This document shows positions 1 to 11,600 of a stretch of 64,000 nt of DNA, one piece after another. Position 1 is the first letter of the stretch, and each line of letters opens with the position of its first letter. The notes beneath the pieces are model-generated. The model searched no databases and was not told where the DNA came from. It was given only the letters and a program-made list of their open reading frames with translations. A program made the translations under genes and the position numbers. The stretch comes from Isoptericola sp. BMS4 (lineage in GTDB: Bacteria; Actinomycetota; Actinomycetes; Actinomycetales; Cellulomonadaceae): assembly GCF_011634835.1 (NCBI RefSeq), contig NZ_SIRP01000001.1:4099092-4163091 (forward strand), in the 5' to 3' direction.

Positions 1-950
<950 letters not shown>

Positions 951-1115
951 GCGGTTTTCACAACCTTCGTCTCGCCGGCCTCCGTCTTTCTCAACGGTCC
1001 GCCGGGATGGATGTTGGCACGACGATGGTAATCGCCAGACCCGCCATAGACGAAACCACCTGGTCAACCCCGCACCCAGGCGGCGCGACGGCGGCCGCGG
1101 ACGCACTGCCGGCTG

Positions 1116-1874
1116 TCACCAGGGCGCACGCGTCCCGTCCCAGGACCAGAGAGCGCCCGTCGGGGCGTCGTCGGGGAGGAGCGCGAGGCGGGCGGCTCCC
1201 GCGGCGGCCTCGGCGGGGTCGCCGCCGGCGGTCGTGCCGGCGAGGAGGTTGGTCCGGCGCAGGCCGGGTGCGAGAGCGTTCACCTTGACGTCGTCGCCGA
1301 GCGACTGGGCCGTCAGCAGCGTGATGGCGTTGACGGCGGTCTTCGAGCTCCGGTAGGCGAGACCGGAACCCCGCACGCGCTCCCAGTCGAACTGCGGGTT
1401 CGGTCCGGCGTTCCAGGCCAACGACCCGGTCCCGCTCGACACGTTGACGATGCGGGGGTGCGCCGACCGGCGCAGCGCGGGCAGGAAGGCCTGTGTCACC
1501 GCGACGAGCCCGAAGACGTTGGTCTCGTAGGCGAGTCGCAGCTGTTCGGGCGTCGTCCTGGCGATGTCCTCGCCGCCAGGGTTCACTCCCGCGTTGTTCA
1601 CGAGGACGTCCAGGTCGCCGACCTGCGCGGCCGCCGCGGCGACGGACGAGGGGTCCGTCACGTCGAGCTGCACGACGTGCACGCCCGGACCGAGGCCGGT
1701 CGCTGCCCGCCGGCCCTTGTCGACATCACGCGCACCCATCCATACCTCGAGGCCGTGATCGAGCAGCTGTCGCGCCGTGTCGAACCCGATGCCGCCGTTT
1801 CCTCCGGCCACCAGCGCGACCAGCCCGGGCGCCGGCGGGCGGACCTGCGCGGGAAGACGGTCGATGTCGGTCAT
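1116..1874 (-). CDS. SDR-family NAD(P)-dependent oxidoreductase
   Basis: MTDIDRLP...LVALVAGGNGGIGFDTA (Rossmann glycine motif) and ...YRSSKTAVNAI (YxxxK catalytic motif). It is divergent from the adjacent TetR gene. The start was chosen within the minus-frame ORF 1116..2399. Confidence 0.8.
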   Translation of the reverse strand: MTDIDRLPAQVRPPAPGLVALVAGGNGGIGFDTARQLLDHGLEVWMGARDVDKGRRAATGLGPGVHVVQLDVTDPSSVAAAAAQVGDLDVLVNNAGVNPGGEDIARTTPEQLRLAYETNVFGLVAVTQAFLPALRRSAHPRIVNVSSGTGSLAWNAGPNPQFDWERVRGSGLAYRSSKTAVNAITLLTAQSLGDDVKVNALAPGLRRTNLLAGTTAGGDPAEAAAGAARLALLPDDAPTGALWSWDGTRAPW

Positions 1875-1964
1875 GACTCCTCCTTCAACTCCAACGTTGC
1901 GGTTGGAAACGACCGTAGACCTCCTCCTCGCCATCTCCAACTCGAGCGTTGGTAATCTGGTGCG

Positions 1965-2597
1965 ATGGCGTGGGACACGGAGGGGACGCGGCGGAGACTT
2001 CGCGAGGCCGCGCTGGTGGAGTTCGCCGCACGGGGCTTCGACGGCACCACCGTCGCCGCGATCGCCGCCCGGGCCGGGGTGAACAAGGAGAGGCTCTACA
2101 GCTACTTCGGGGACAAGAAGGCCCTGTGGGACCTCGTCCTGTCCACCGAGCTGGAGCGACTCGCGGCCGCCGTCGATCTCGCGGGCGTCGGCCTGGACGA
2201 CGTCGGGGAGTTCGCCGGGACGACCTACGACTACCACGCCGCCCACCCCGAGCTGAGCCGCCTGCTGCAGTGGGAGGGCCTGCAGGGTGGCCCGACCGCC
2301 CGTGCGACAGCCCGCACGACGCACTACCGCGAGAAGGTGGCGCGGTTCGCCGCCGCCCAGCGCGACGGCGTCCTCGACGACGGCATCAGCCCCGCGCACC
2401 TCGTCTTCGTGCTCATCGCCCTCGCCGCCTGGTGGCAGACCGTGCCGCAGCTCGCCGAGATGATCACCGACGCCGGACCGGACGACCGGCGGGAGCGCGC
2501 GGCGCGCCGGCGATCCGTCGTCGAGGCGGCGAAGCGGCTCGCGTCACCCGTCGCCCGCCCCGGCGGTCAGGCGCCCCAGTCCCGCACGACGTCGTAA
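1965..2597 (+). CDS. TetR/AcrR family transcriptional regulator
   Basis: N-terminal helix-turn-helix LREAALVEFAARGFDGTTVAAIAARAGVNKERLYSYFGDKKALW. Its divergent arrangement with the SDR gene is a classic pair. Confidence 0.85.
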   Translation: MAWDTEGTRRRLREAALVEFAARGFDGTTVAAIAARAGVNKERLYSYFGDKKALWDLVLSTELERLAAAVDLAGVGLDDVGEFAGTTYDYHAAHPELSRLLQWEGLQGGPTARATARTTHYREKVARFAAAQRDGVLDDGISPAHLVFVLIALAAWWQTVPQLAEMITDAGPDDRRERAARRRSVVEAAKRLASPVARPGGQAPQSRTTS

Positions 2598-3349
2598 CCC
2601 AGCTTGCAGATCAACGCGCCCACCACGACGACGAACACGACGCGCACGAACGCACTGCCCCGGGCGACCGCCATCCGGGCCCCGACGTACGCGCCGACGA
2701 GGTTGGCCGCGCCCATCGCGAGCCCGAGGCCCCAGATCACGGCGCCGTGCGGGACGAAGAACAGCAGCGCGCCCAGGTTCGTGGCGAAGTTGACGATCTT
2801 CGCGAGCGCCGACGCCGGCAGGAACGCGTACCCGAGCACGCTCACCAGGGCGATCACGAGGAAGGTGCCCGTGCCGGGCCCGAGGAGCCCGTCGTAGGCG
2901 CCGATGACCAGGCCGATCCCGGCGGCGGTCCACCGGTGCCGGTTGCCCTCCCAGCGCAGGTTCGTGTGCTCGCCCATCCTCGGCTTGAGCACGGTGTACG
3001 TGGCGACGGCGACCAGCACGACGAGGATGATCGGCGTGAACAGGTCCGCGGGGATCTGCGCGGCGAGCGCCGCTCCCCCGCACGCGCCGGCCAGCGCCGC
3101 GAGCGCCATCGGGCCCGCGGTCGTGAGGTCCGGCCCCACCCGCCGGTAGTAGGTGATCGCGCTGGTCGAGGTGCCCATGATGGACGCGACCTTGTTGGTG
3201 GCCAGCGCCTGCACCGGCGAGATGCCGGGGACGAGCAGCAGCGCGGGCAGCTGGACCAGCCCGCCGCCGCCGACCACGGCGTCGATCCAGCCGGCGGTCA
3301 GCCCGGCGAGCACCAGCAGGACGATGGTCAGGACGTCGAGATCGAGCAC
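2567..3349 (-). CDS. TauE/SafE (DUF81) family sulfite/anion exporter membrane protein
   Basis: Multi-pass hydrophobic 260-aa protein with the two-repeat TauE/SafE pattern (GGGGLVQLPALLL...; GPGTGTFLVIAL). Confidence 0.75.
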   Translation of the reverse strand: MLDLDVLTIVLLVLAGLTAGWIDAVVGGGGLVQLPALLLVPGISPVQALATNKVASIMGTSTSAITYYRRVGPDLTTAGPMALAALAGACGGAALAAQIPADLFTPIILVVLVAVATYTVLKPRMGEHTNLRWEGNRHRWTAAGIGLVIGAYDGLLGPGTGTFLVIALVSVLGYAFLPASALAKIVNFATNLGALLFFVPHGAVIWGLGLAMGAANLVGAYVGARMAVARGSAFVRVVFVVVVGALICKLGYDVVRDWGA

Positions 3350-3379
3350 GCGGCGATCCTGCCACGCCCGGGCCGGCCG

Positions 3380-3949
3380 TCAGGAGTGCAGCGCGTCGTA
3401 CTCCGCCTCGGCGGCGACGTCGTCCGCGACGTCGAGCCGCAGGTGTGCGAGGACGCCCTGCAGCACGCGCAGGGCGGACGCCGCCCGCTCGCCCCACACC
3501 GACAGGTAGCTGAACTGCCACCACCAGAGGCCCTCGAGCTCGTGGCCGTCGTCGTAGTGCTGCAGCCCCTTGGCGATCTCCTCGGCGACGCACGCGAGGT
3601 CGCCGGAGAGGGTCGCGGGCGCGACGTCGGCGCTGAGAGCCGGGTCGGACACCTCGACGTAGTCGTCGAAGCCGTCGAACATCTTCGCGAGCGCGTCGCG
3701 CAGCGGGTCGACGTCGGTCTCGGGCCCGGCGTCGGGCTCGAACCGCTCGGCCGGCACGACGTCGACGATGGCGGCCAGCCGCGCGCCCACGGCGAGCAGG
3801 TCGGACGTGGCGAGGATCAGCAGGGACAGCTCGGCGCCCGGAGCCGCGCCGGAGGCGACCTGCGTCGTCGTCGACAGGAAGGTGCGCGCCTGTGCCGACA
3901 TCTGCTCTGCCACGTCGCGGAACTCCGAGCCCGGCTCGATCTCCCCCAC
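3380..3949 (-). CDS. DUF5063 domain protein (conserved actinobacterial protein commonly found next to recR)
   Basis: 189-aa acidic protein with WWWQFSYLSVWGERA. The assignment rests on position downstream of recR and family resemblance. Confidence 0.55.
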   Translation of the reverse strand: MGEIEPGSEFRDVAEQMSAQARTFLSTTTQVASGAAPGAELSLLILATSDLLAVGARLAAIVDVVPAERFEPDAGPETDVDPLRDALAKMFDGFDDYVEVSDPALSADVAPATLSGDLACVAEEIAKGLQHYDDGHELEGLWWWQFSYLSVWGERAASALRVLQGVLAHLRLDVADDVAAEAEYDALHS

Positions 3950-4021
3950 GGTCCTCCTCGCTCCCTGCGCCGTGATCCCCGGCGCGCTCGGTGTCCGGTC
4001 GTCCGCCCGACGGCGGCATGG

Positions 4022-4621
4022 TCAGCCGCCGACGACCCGCCGACCCTCGAACGCACGGCCGAGCGTGACCTCGTCCGCGTACTCCAAGTCTCCCCCGACG
4101 GGCAGGCCCGACGCGAGGCGGGAGACGGTCACGCCCATCGGGGCGATGAGGCGCGACAGGTAGGTGGCGGTGGCCTCGCCCTCGACGTTCGGGTCGGTGG
4201 CGATGATGACCTCGGTGACGGCGCCGTCGGCCAGGCGGGACATGAGCTGGCTGATGCGCAGGTCGTCGGGGCCGACGTTCTCGATCGGGTTGATGGCCCC
4301 GCCGAGCACGTGGTAGCGGCCGCGGAACTCGCGCGTGCGCTCGATCGCGACGACGTCCTTGGGCTCCTCGACCACGCAGAGGACCTCGTCGCTGCGGCGC
4401 GGGTCGGCGCACACGCGGCAGGTGGCCGACTCGGCGACGTTCCCGCACGTCTCGCAGAACTGCACGCGCGCCTTGACCTCGGTGAGCGCGTCGGCCAGAC
4501 GCCGCACGTCGGCGGCGTCGGCCGCGAGCAGGTGGAACGCGATCCGCTGCGCGCTCTTGGGCCCGACGCCGGGAAGACGGCCGAGCTCGTCGATCAGGTC
4601 CTGGACTGCGCCCTCGTACAC
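4022..4621 (-). CDS. recR: Recombination protein RecR
   Basis: [32 protein letters not shown] (helix-hairpin-helix), a C4 zinc finger CETCGNV...CRVC, and the Toprim domain. Confidence 0.95.
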   Translation of the reverse strand: MYEGAVQDLIDELGRLPGVGPKSAQRIAFHLLAADAADVRRLADALTEVKARVQFCETCGNVAESATCRVCADPRRSDEVLCVVEEPKDVVAIERTREFRGRYHVLGGAINPIENVGPDDLRISQLMSRLADGAVTEVIIATDPNVEGEATATYLSRLIAPMGVTVSRLASGLPVGGDLEYADEVTLGRAFEGRRVVGG

Positions 4622-4756
4622 AAGGGATCAGCCTACGTGCCGGCACCGACGCCCGACGCGCCCATGACATCCGTCACGGCCCCGCGGTGCGTCCCTCACG
4701 CGAACCGGTGATCGGCGGCACTACCTGCGGCGACGCCCGCTCGCCAGGCTGGAGCC

Positions 4757-5788
4757 ATGACACCAGAACCGACTGACAGGCCGTACGCCGGACCGGTCGT
4801 CTCCGTCCGGGAGGCGCGACGCCGCTACGGCGCGTTCGAGGCCGTGCGCGGCGTCGACCTCGAGGTGGGGCGCGGCGAGCTCGTCGCCCTGCTCGGCACG
4901 AACGGCGCCGGCAAGACGTCCCTGGTCGAGCTGGTCGAGGGCCTCGCCCCGGCCGACGGGGGCCAGGTCCGCGTGCTCGGCCGGGACCCCTACCGCGAGC
5001 GCCGCGCCGTCGTCCCGCACGTCGGGGTGATGCTGCAGAACGCGGGCTTCTCCGCCGACCTCACCGTGGCAGAGACGGCCCGCATGTGGGCGGGCACGCT
5101 GACCCGGCCGCGGCCGGCGGGCGAGGTGCTCGACGCCGTCGGGCTCTCGCACCGCGCCCAGGTGCGCGTCGTGAGCCTGTCGGGCGGCGAGCGACGCCGC
5201 CTCGACCTCGCCCTGGCGGTCCTGGGCCGGCCCGACCTGCTCGTCCTCGACGAGCCGACCACCGGCCTGGACCCGGAGAGCCGGCAGGCCACCTGGCGCC
5301 TGGTGCGCGGCCTCCTGGACGACGGCGTGACCGTGCTGCTGACCACCCACTACCTGGCGGAGGCGGAGGAGCTCGCCGACCGGATCGCCATCATGGACGC
5401 GGGCCGGGTGGTGCGCTCCGGCACGGTCGCGGACGTCGTCGCTGCCGAGCCCGCGCGGATCGAGTTCGTGCCCCACGACGCGGGCGGCGCACCGCTCGTG
5501 CTCACCCCGGACGACCTGCCGGTGCTGGCGGGCGTCCCGAGCACGGGACATGCCCCGGACCGCGGTCCGACGGCGGAGCGCGGCCGGGTCCGGCTGCGCA
5601 CCGAGCGCCTGCAGGAGGACCTGACCACGGTGCTGCTCTGGGCGCGCGAACGTGGGCTGCGACTGCACGAGCTGGAGGCCCGCCCGGCGTCGCTGGAGCA
5701 GGCGTTCCTGGCGCTCGCCGAGGCCGGCGGTGCGCCGGACCACCAGACCGGTCGGACCACGCACGTCACCGAAGGGACGGCAGCATGA
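4757..5788 (+). CDS. ABC transporter ATP-binding protein
   Basis: Walker A GTNGAGKTS, ABC signature LSGGERRRL, Walker B LLVLDEP, plus a C-terminal extension. The start overlaps the downstream permease gene by ATGA. Confidence 0.85.
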   Translation: MTPEPTDRPYAGPVVSVREARRRYGAFEAVRGVDLEVGRGELVALLGTNGAGKTSLVELVEGLAPADGGQVRVLGRDPYRERRAVVPHVGVMLQNAGFSADLTVAETARMWAGTLTRPRPAGEVLDAVGLSHRAQVRVVSLSGGERRRLDLALAVLGRPDLLVLDEPTTGLDPESRQATWRLVRGLLDDGVTVLLTTHYLAEAEELADRIAIMDAGRVVRSGTVADVVAAEPARIEFVPHDAGGAPLVLTPDDLPVLAGVPSTGHAPDRGPTAERGRVRLRTERLQEDLTTVLLWARERGLRLHELEARPASLEQAFLALAEAGGAPDHQTGRTTHVTEGTAA

Positions 5789-6618
5789 GCACCTCCACCA
5801 CCACCCCCGCGCGCCGCTCCCCCGCCGTCGCGGGCGGACGCCGCATCGCCGCACTCGCCCGCGCCGAGACGACCCTGCTGGTGCGCAACCGCACGGCGCT
5901 CATGAACGCGATCCTCCTGCCGCTGGCGTTCGTCGGGGCGTTCGCCATGGTCGCCGACCCGGGCGGCGCGGGCGCCGACGAGGCCACCACCGCCACGGCC
6001 GTCCTGGCCATGCTCGTGGTGATGGGGCTGCTGTTCGTCGTGTACTACAACCTCACCACCGCGTACGTCGCCCGGCGGGAGGACCGGGTGCTGCAGCGGC
6101 TGCTCACCGGGGAGTGCACGCGTGGCGAGATCCTGCTCGCCCCCGCCGTCCCCGCGGCCGCTGTCGTCGTCGCGCAGGTCCTCGTCGGCCTCGCGGCCGT
6201 GACCGCGCTCCTCGACCCGCCGGGGCTGGTCAACCCGCTGCTGGTGGTCGTGGGCCTGCTGGGCGGCCTCGCCGTGATCGGCCTGTTCGCCGTCGCGACG
6301 TCGGGCCTGTCGCGGACGGTCGAGTCGGTGCAGCTCACCACCCTGCCCCTGGTGGTCGTGATGCTCCCGTTCGCGGGCATGTTCACGGCGCCGGGGGCGA
6401 ACGACGGCGTCTTCGGCCAGATCGCGCGGTTCACGCCGCTGCGCCCCGTCGTCGAGCTGTGCTGGCTCGGTCTCGCGGGCACCGACGCGAGCGGCCGCAC
6501 GCTGACCCTCGCCGAGACGTTCCCCGCCGCCGCGGTGCCGGTGGCCGTGCTCGCCGCGTGGGCCGTCGTCGGCGTCCTCGCCGCCCGGCGGTGGATGCGC
6601 TGGGAGCCGCGCCGGTGA
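5785..6618 (+). CDS. ABC-2 family transporter permease
   Basis: Six hydrophobic segments, translationally coupled to the ATPase. The start is the ATG in frame with tool ORF 5086..6618. Confidence 0.7.
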   Translation: MSTSTTTPARRSPAVAGGRRIAALARAETTLLVRNRTALMNAILLPLAFVGAFAMVADPGGAGADEATTATAVLAMLVVMGLLFVVYYNLTTAYVARREDRVLQRLLTGECTRGEILLAPAVPAAAVVVAQVLVGLAAVTALLDPPGLVNPLLVVVGLLGGLAVIGLFAVATSGLSRTVESVQLTTLPLVVVMLPFAGMFTAPGANDGVFGQIARFTPLRPVVELCWLGLAGTDASGRTLTLAETFPAAAVPVAVLAAWAVVGVLAARRWMRWEPRR

Positions 6619-6643
6619 CGCCCAGACGTGGCAGGGTGGCGCC

Positions 6644-7888
6644 GTGACGACACCGACCCCGACGTCGAGCGTCGCCGTCGGCGTGCGCCGTCTCGACGCC
6701 TATACGCGGTCCAGCCTCTACCTCCTTCCGGTGTTCGAGCCGCTCGCGGCGCTGGTCCCGGTCACCAGCGCCCGCTCGTGGCCCGCCTCGGACGTGTGGC
6801 TCGTTGTGGCGGCGATGGCCGTCCTGGCCCATACCGGGTCGTGTCTCGCGGTCGTGCACCTCGGGATCGGCGGCTCGTTGCGTCGTTCGACGGCGACGCG
6901 CCGGGCCGCGGTCGCGCTCGGCGTGACGACAGCGGCCGTACTGGTCCTGGGGCTGACGATCCTGCCGCCGTACGACCCCGACAGCCCGGCCGACAGCCTC
7001 TTCGCGATCGACCCCAGGACGTTCTGGATCGCCTGGGCGGCCGCGTTCACCTTGGGCGCCCTCGCGTCACGGTTCACCGTCCGGTGGCTCGGTGCCGGGG
7101 TCGTCGTCACGGGCGCGCTGATCCTCGCGGTCCGGCTGCCGGCCGACCCGCCCCCGGTGGCGGGCTCCGTCGTCGTCGCGGTGCTGGCGTGCTGCGTCCC
7201 CGCGTTCTGGGCCGGGACGATGCGCCTGTCCGTATGGAGCCTGGAGGTGATCCGCGAGCTCGACGCCGCCCGCCAGGTGAGCGCCCGGCTCGCCGTCGCC
7301 GAGGAGCGGCTGCGCATCTCCCGGGACATGCACGACGTCGTGGGGCGCGCGCTGTCCGCGGTCGCCGTCAAGAGCGAGCTCGCGGCGGCCCTGGCGAGGC
7401 GGGGCGACCCGCGCGCCGCCGACGAGATGGACTCGGTCCGGGCGCTGGCCCAGGAGTCGCAGCGCGAGGTGCGGGGCGTCGTCGCCGGCTACCGCGCCGC
7501 CGACCTGGCGACCGAGCTGGCCGGCGCGCGCTCGGTGCTGCGCGCCGCGGGCATCAGGGCGCGCGTGGTGGGCGACGTACCGCCGCTGTCGGTCTCCCAG
7601 GCCGAGGCCCTCGCGTGGGTGGTGCGGGAGTCGGTGACCAACGTGGTGCGCCACTCGGAGGCGGGCGAGTGCGTGCTGCGCCTGGACGTCGAGGACGGCA
7701 CCGCCGTCCTGCGGGTGACGAACGACGGCGTCGGTGACGCCGTCGTCACGACCTCCGGCGGCAACGGCCTGGCCGGCCTGCGGGAGCGCCTCGCCGCCGT
7801 CGGCGGCACCCTGGACGTCGACCGGGCCGACGGCCGGTTCACGCTCACCGCCCGCCTGCCCGGGCCCGACAGGAGGGATGACGCATGA
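6644..7888 (+). CDS. Sensor histidine kinase (HisKA_3 / NarL-type) with a multi-TM N-terminal domain
   Basis: N-terminal membrane segments; H-box ISRDMHDVVGRALSAV; HATPase_c (VRESVTNVVRHS, GNGLAGLRERLAAVGG). Probable GTG start. Confidence 0.8.
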   Translation: MTTPTPTSSVAVGVRRLDAYTRSSLYLLPVFEPLAALVPVTSARSWPASDVWLVVAAMAVLAHTGSCLAVVHLGIGGSLRRSTATRRAAVALGVTTAAVLVLGLTILPPYDPDSPADSLFAIDPRTFWIAWAAAFTLGALASRFTVRWLGAGVVVTGALILAVRLPADPPPVAGSVVVAVLACCVPAFWAGTMRLSVWSLEVIRELDAARQVSARLAVAEERLRISRDMHDVVGRALSAVAVKSELAAALARRGDPRAADEMDSVRALAQESQREVRGVVAGYRAADLATELAGARSVLRAAGIRARVVGDVPPLSVSQAEALAWVVRESVTNVVRHSEAGECVLRLDVEDGTAVLRVTNDGVGDAVVTTSGGNGLAGLRERLAAVGGTLDVDRADGRFTLTARLPGPDRRDDA

Positions 7889-8490
7889 TCCGGCTGGTGC
7901 TCGCCGACGACGAGACCCTCATCCGCGACGCGGTCGCCGCACTGCTGGCGCTCGAGGACGACCTGGACGTCGTCGCGGTCGCGGGGGACGGCCCGGCGGC
8001 CGTCGACGCCGTCGTGCGCCACCGCCCGGACGTCGCCGTGCTCGACCTGCAGATGCCCGGGGCGGACGGGATCGCCGTCGCCGAGGAGGTGGGGCGGCGC
8101 GAGCCCGGGTGCCGGGTCGTCATCGTGACGGGCCACGGCCGTCCGGGGCACCTGAAGAAGGCCCTGTCCGCGGGGGTGCGCGGTTTCCTGCCCAAGACGG
8201 CGCCGGCGACCGTGCTGGCGGACGCCGTCCGCCAGGTCGCGGCCGGCGGGCGCTACGTCGACCCCGAGCTCGCCGCGGACGCCATCGCGGCCGGGGACTC
8301 CCCGCTGACGGCCCGCGAGGCCGACGTGCTGGAGCTCGCCGCCGACGGCGCCCCCGTGGACGAGATCGCCGAGCGCGCCGCGCTCGCCCCCGGCACGGTG
8401 CGCAACTACCTGTCGTCCGCCGTCGCGAAGCTCGGCGTGACGAACCGGCACGAGGCGGCGCGCGTGGCCCGCGGCCAGGGCTGGCTCTGA
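7885..8490 (+). CDS. Response regulator, LuxR/NarL family
   Basis: Receiver domain MIRLVLADDETLIRD...VAVLDLQMPG and a C-terminal LuxR helix-turn-helix LTAREADVLELAADG...VRNYLSSAVAKLGV. It overlaps the kinase stop. Confidence 0.9.
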   Translation: MIRLVLADDETLIRDAVAALLALEDDLDVVAVAGDGPAAVDAVVRHRPDVAVLDLQMPGADGIAVAEEVGRREPGCRVVIVTGHGRPGHLKKALSAGVRGFLPKTAPATVLADAVRQVAAGGRYVDPELAADAIAAGDSPLTAREADVLELAADGAPVDEIAERAALAPGTVRNYLSSAVAKLGVTNRHEAARVARGQGWL

Positions 8491-8557
8491 CCGTTCTCCA
8501 GGCACCCGGCTGAGTCCACCCACGACCGAGTTATCGTGAAATTCCTTCAACTTTTGA

Positions 8558-8586
8558 TTGACGTTCGTCAAAACCCTCCTTAGGCT
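8558..8586 (+). promoter_or_regulatory. Candidate sigma70-type promoter TTGACG-N17-TAGGCT, overlapping the palindrome TTGACGTTCGTCAA, upstream of the PA14 gene
   Basis: A locally AT-rich patch (8530-8590) in a roughly 73% GC genome. A perfect 6+2+6 inverted repeat overlaps the -35 hexamer. The RBS GAGGAGGA lies 7 nt before the ATG at 8625. Confidence 0.4.
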
Positions 8587-8624
8587 CACGTCACGTCGAG
8601 GACGACGCACTTCGAGGAGGAAGC

Positions 8625-11600
8625 ATGCAGCCACGACGGTCCCCCGCCCGGCGACGAGCAGCCGGGCTCACCACGACGGCCGTGCTCGGTGCACTGGCCG
8701 CGCTGGGCCCCCTCCCGGCGGCGGGTGCCACCGGGCTCCCCACCGCCACCGCCGAGGACCTTCCCCCACAGGAGCCCGGCGTCACGCTGCGGACGTACGA
8801 CCTGCGGCAGGGCATCGACAGCCTCTGCACGCTCAAGGACGGGCAGACACCGAACGTCGACAAGCTCATGCCCACCGTCGACTGGACGACGGCGGGCGAG
8901 TTCGGGCTCGAGGACAACTTCCTCACCCACGCCCTCGGCAACCTCCAGGTGCCCGCCGACGGCGAGTACACCTTCCGGCTCACCAGCGACGACGGCTCCC
9001 GGCTCTCGATCGACGACCAGGTGGTCGTCGACAACGACGGGCTGCACGGCGAGGAGTCGGTGGACGGCACCGTCACCCTCACCGCGGGGTACCACGAGCT
9101 CCTCGTCGAGTTCTTCGAGGCCGGCGGCGGCCAGGTGCTGCGCCTCGAGTGGCGGCCGCCGGGCGCCGACTCCTTCACCGTCGTGCCGAACGACGTGCTG
9201 AGCACCGAGGCCGGCGTCGTCCGTGTCACCGCCCCCGGCACCAAGTACTGCGAAGGCGCCGAGGACACCGCCGGCGACGGCCTCCCGCTCGACGCCGTGC
9301 ACCCGGCCTACGACCTCACCGACCTGCGGCCCGAGGGCTTCGAGCCGATGGTCTCGGGCATGGACTGGACCGCCGACGGCGACCTCGTCGTCGCGACGTC
9401 CGGGGACGTGAGCCCCGCCGGATGGGAGGACGACCCCCGGACCGGCGAGCTCTTCGTGCTCGACGAGGTCACGGGCGAGACCAGCGCCGACCAGGTCACC
9501 GCGACCCCCGTCGCCGACGGCCTGTTCAACCCCATGGGCGTGGACGTCGTCGGCGACTCGATCTTCGTCTCCGAGCGCGACGGCCTCACCGAGCTGACCG
9601 ACCCCGACGGCGACGGCTTCTACGACACGCGCGAGACCTTCGCCCGGTGGCCGTTCGGCGGCAACTTCCACGAGTTCGCGTTCGGCCTGCAGCACGACGA
9701 GGACTTCTTCTACGTCAACCTCTCCGTCGCCATCAACAACGGCGGCGCGACGACCGACCCGCAGCCGGCGGAGAACCGCGGCACCAGCATCAAGGTCGAC
9801 CGGGACACGGGCGAGGTCACGTACGTCGCCGGCGGGCTGCGCACCCCCAACGGGATGGCGTTCGGGCCCGAGGGCGACCTCTTCGTCACGGACAACCAGG
9901 GCGCCTGGCTGCCGGCCTCCAAGCTCGTGCACGTCAAGCAGGACCGGTTCTTCAACCACTACACCAACCCGGACGGGCCGTTCGACGACCAGCCCGTCAC
10001 CCAGCCCGTCCTGTGGATCCCGCAGAACGAGATCGGCAACTCGCCCAGCGAGCCCGTGCAGCTCACCGAAGGGCCGTTCGCGGGGCAGATGCTCTTCGGC
10101 GACGTCACCTACGGCGGCCTGCAGCGCGGCTTCCTGGAGAAGGTCGACGGGGAGTACCAGGGCGCCGTCTTCCGCCACACCGCCGGCCTGGAGGCCGGGG
10201 TCAACCGCACCACCATCGGGCCCGACGGCGCGATCTACGTGGGCGGCATCGGCGAGGCCGGCAACTGGAGCGAGCCGAACAAGCTGAAGTACGGCCTGCA
10301 GAAGCTCGCCCCGAACGGCGAGGAGTCGTTCGACATCCTCGAGGTGCGCGTCCGCGAGGGCGGCTTCGAGCTCGAGTACAGCCAGCCCCTGTCCGACGAG
10401 ACCGTGGCGAAGATCGCGGAGGACGCCGGGGCGGCCTACGACGTCGACCAGTGGCGGTACGTGCCCACCCAGCAGTACGGCGGGCCGAAGATCGACGAGG
10501 AGGTGCTGCACGTCGCGAGCGCCGCCGTGTCGGAGGACCACACGACCGTCACGCTCGACATCGACGGGCTCAAGCCCGGCCGCGTCGTGCACCTGCGCTC
10601 CCCGCGCCCGTTCAGGGACTCAGACGGCCGCGAGCTGTGGAACACCGAGGCCTGGTACACGCTCAACAGCCTGCCGGGCTACGTGGCACCCGCCGACCGC
10701 GGATACTACGAGGCCGAGGAGGCCGTGCTGCTCGGCTCCGCGGGCCTCGACAGCGAGCACAACGGGTACTCGGGCTCCGGGTTCGTCGACGGCATCCAGT
10801 CCGAGGGCGCCGGGGTCTCCTTCACGGTGACCGCCGACGAGGCCGGTAGCCAGCCCGTCAACCTGCGCTACGCCAACGGGCCGAACCCGTTCGAGGGCGA
10901 CAAGTCCGTGTCGGTCCGCGTCAACGGCACCGAGGTGGACCCGTGGGTGCTGCCCAGCACCGGGGACTGGAAGACGTGGGACTTCGTCACCCGCGACCTC
11001 GACCTGCGGGCCGGCGCCAACACGATCACGCTGCGGTTCGACGAGGGCGACGACGGCAACGTCAACTTCGACGTCCTGTCGCTCGGCGAGGACCCGGACC
11101 TGTGCACCGCCACGGAGCCGGACGCGGGCTACACCGCGCTGTTCGACGGCACGCTGGCCAGCTTCGGCGACTGGCGCCTCGCCGGCGCCGGGTCGTTCGG
11201 CCGCCAGGACGACTGCGTGCTGCGCAGCGACGGCGGTATGGGGCTGCTCTGGCACACCGACGGGCTGGAGGGCTCCTACAGCCTGAAGCTCGACTGGAAG
11301 CTCGTGAAGGACGACAACGGCGGCGTGTTCGTCGGCTTCCCCGACCCGGGGAACGACCCGTGGGTGGCCGTGAACGAGGGCTACGAGATCCAGGTCGACG
11401 CCTCCGACGAGGCCGACCGCACCACCGGGGCGATCTACACGTTCCAGGGCGCCGACCCGGACGCGATCGCCGAGGCGCTGAATCCGGTGCCCGAGTGGAA
11501 CTCCTACGACATCCGTGTCGTGGGCGACACCATCCGGGTCTTCCTCAACGGGGTGCTGGTCAACGACTTCACCAGCACCGACCCGGCGCGGGACCTGTCC

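Noticed and set aside
1949-4711. Very long ORFs in alternate frames or strands (e.g. 1949..4711 +, 2544..4670 -, 8558..10849 +, 8586..10592 -, 13814..16540 +, 25979..28786 +, 36975..39191 -, 42669..44795 -, 45460..48240 +)
   Set aside because: Their Arg/Gly/Pro/Asp-rich translations are typical of off-frame reading in about 73% GC DNA. They overlap well-supported genes on the same DNA (recR, dnaX, the PA14 gene, YetA-like, GH87-like, acyl-CoA dehydrogenase, mntH) and lack recognisable domains.
4622-4756. Hidden ybaB/ebfC small ORF between recR and the ABC transporter
   Set aside because: The 135-bp spacer has no ORF of adequate length, and no YbaB-like sequence (about 100 aa, helical, KxxQ-rich) appears in any frame nearby.
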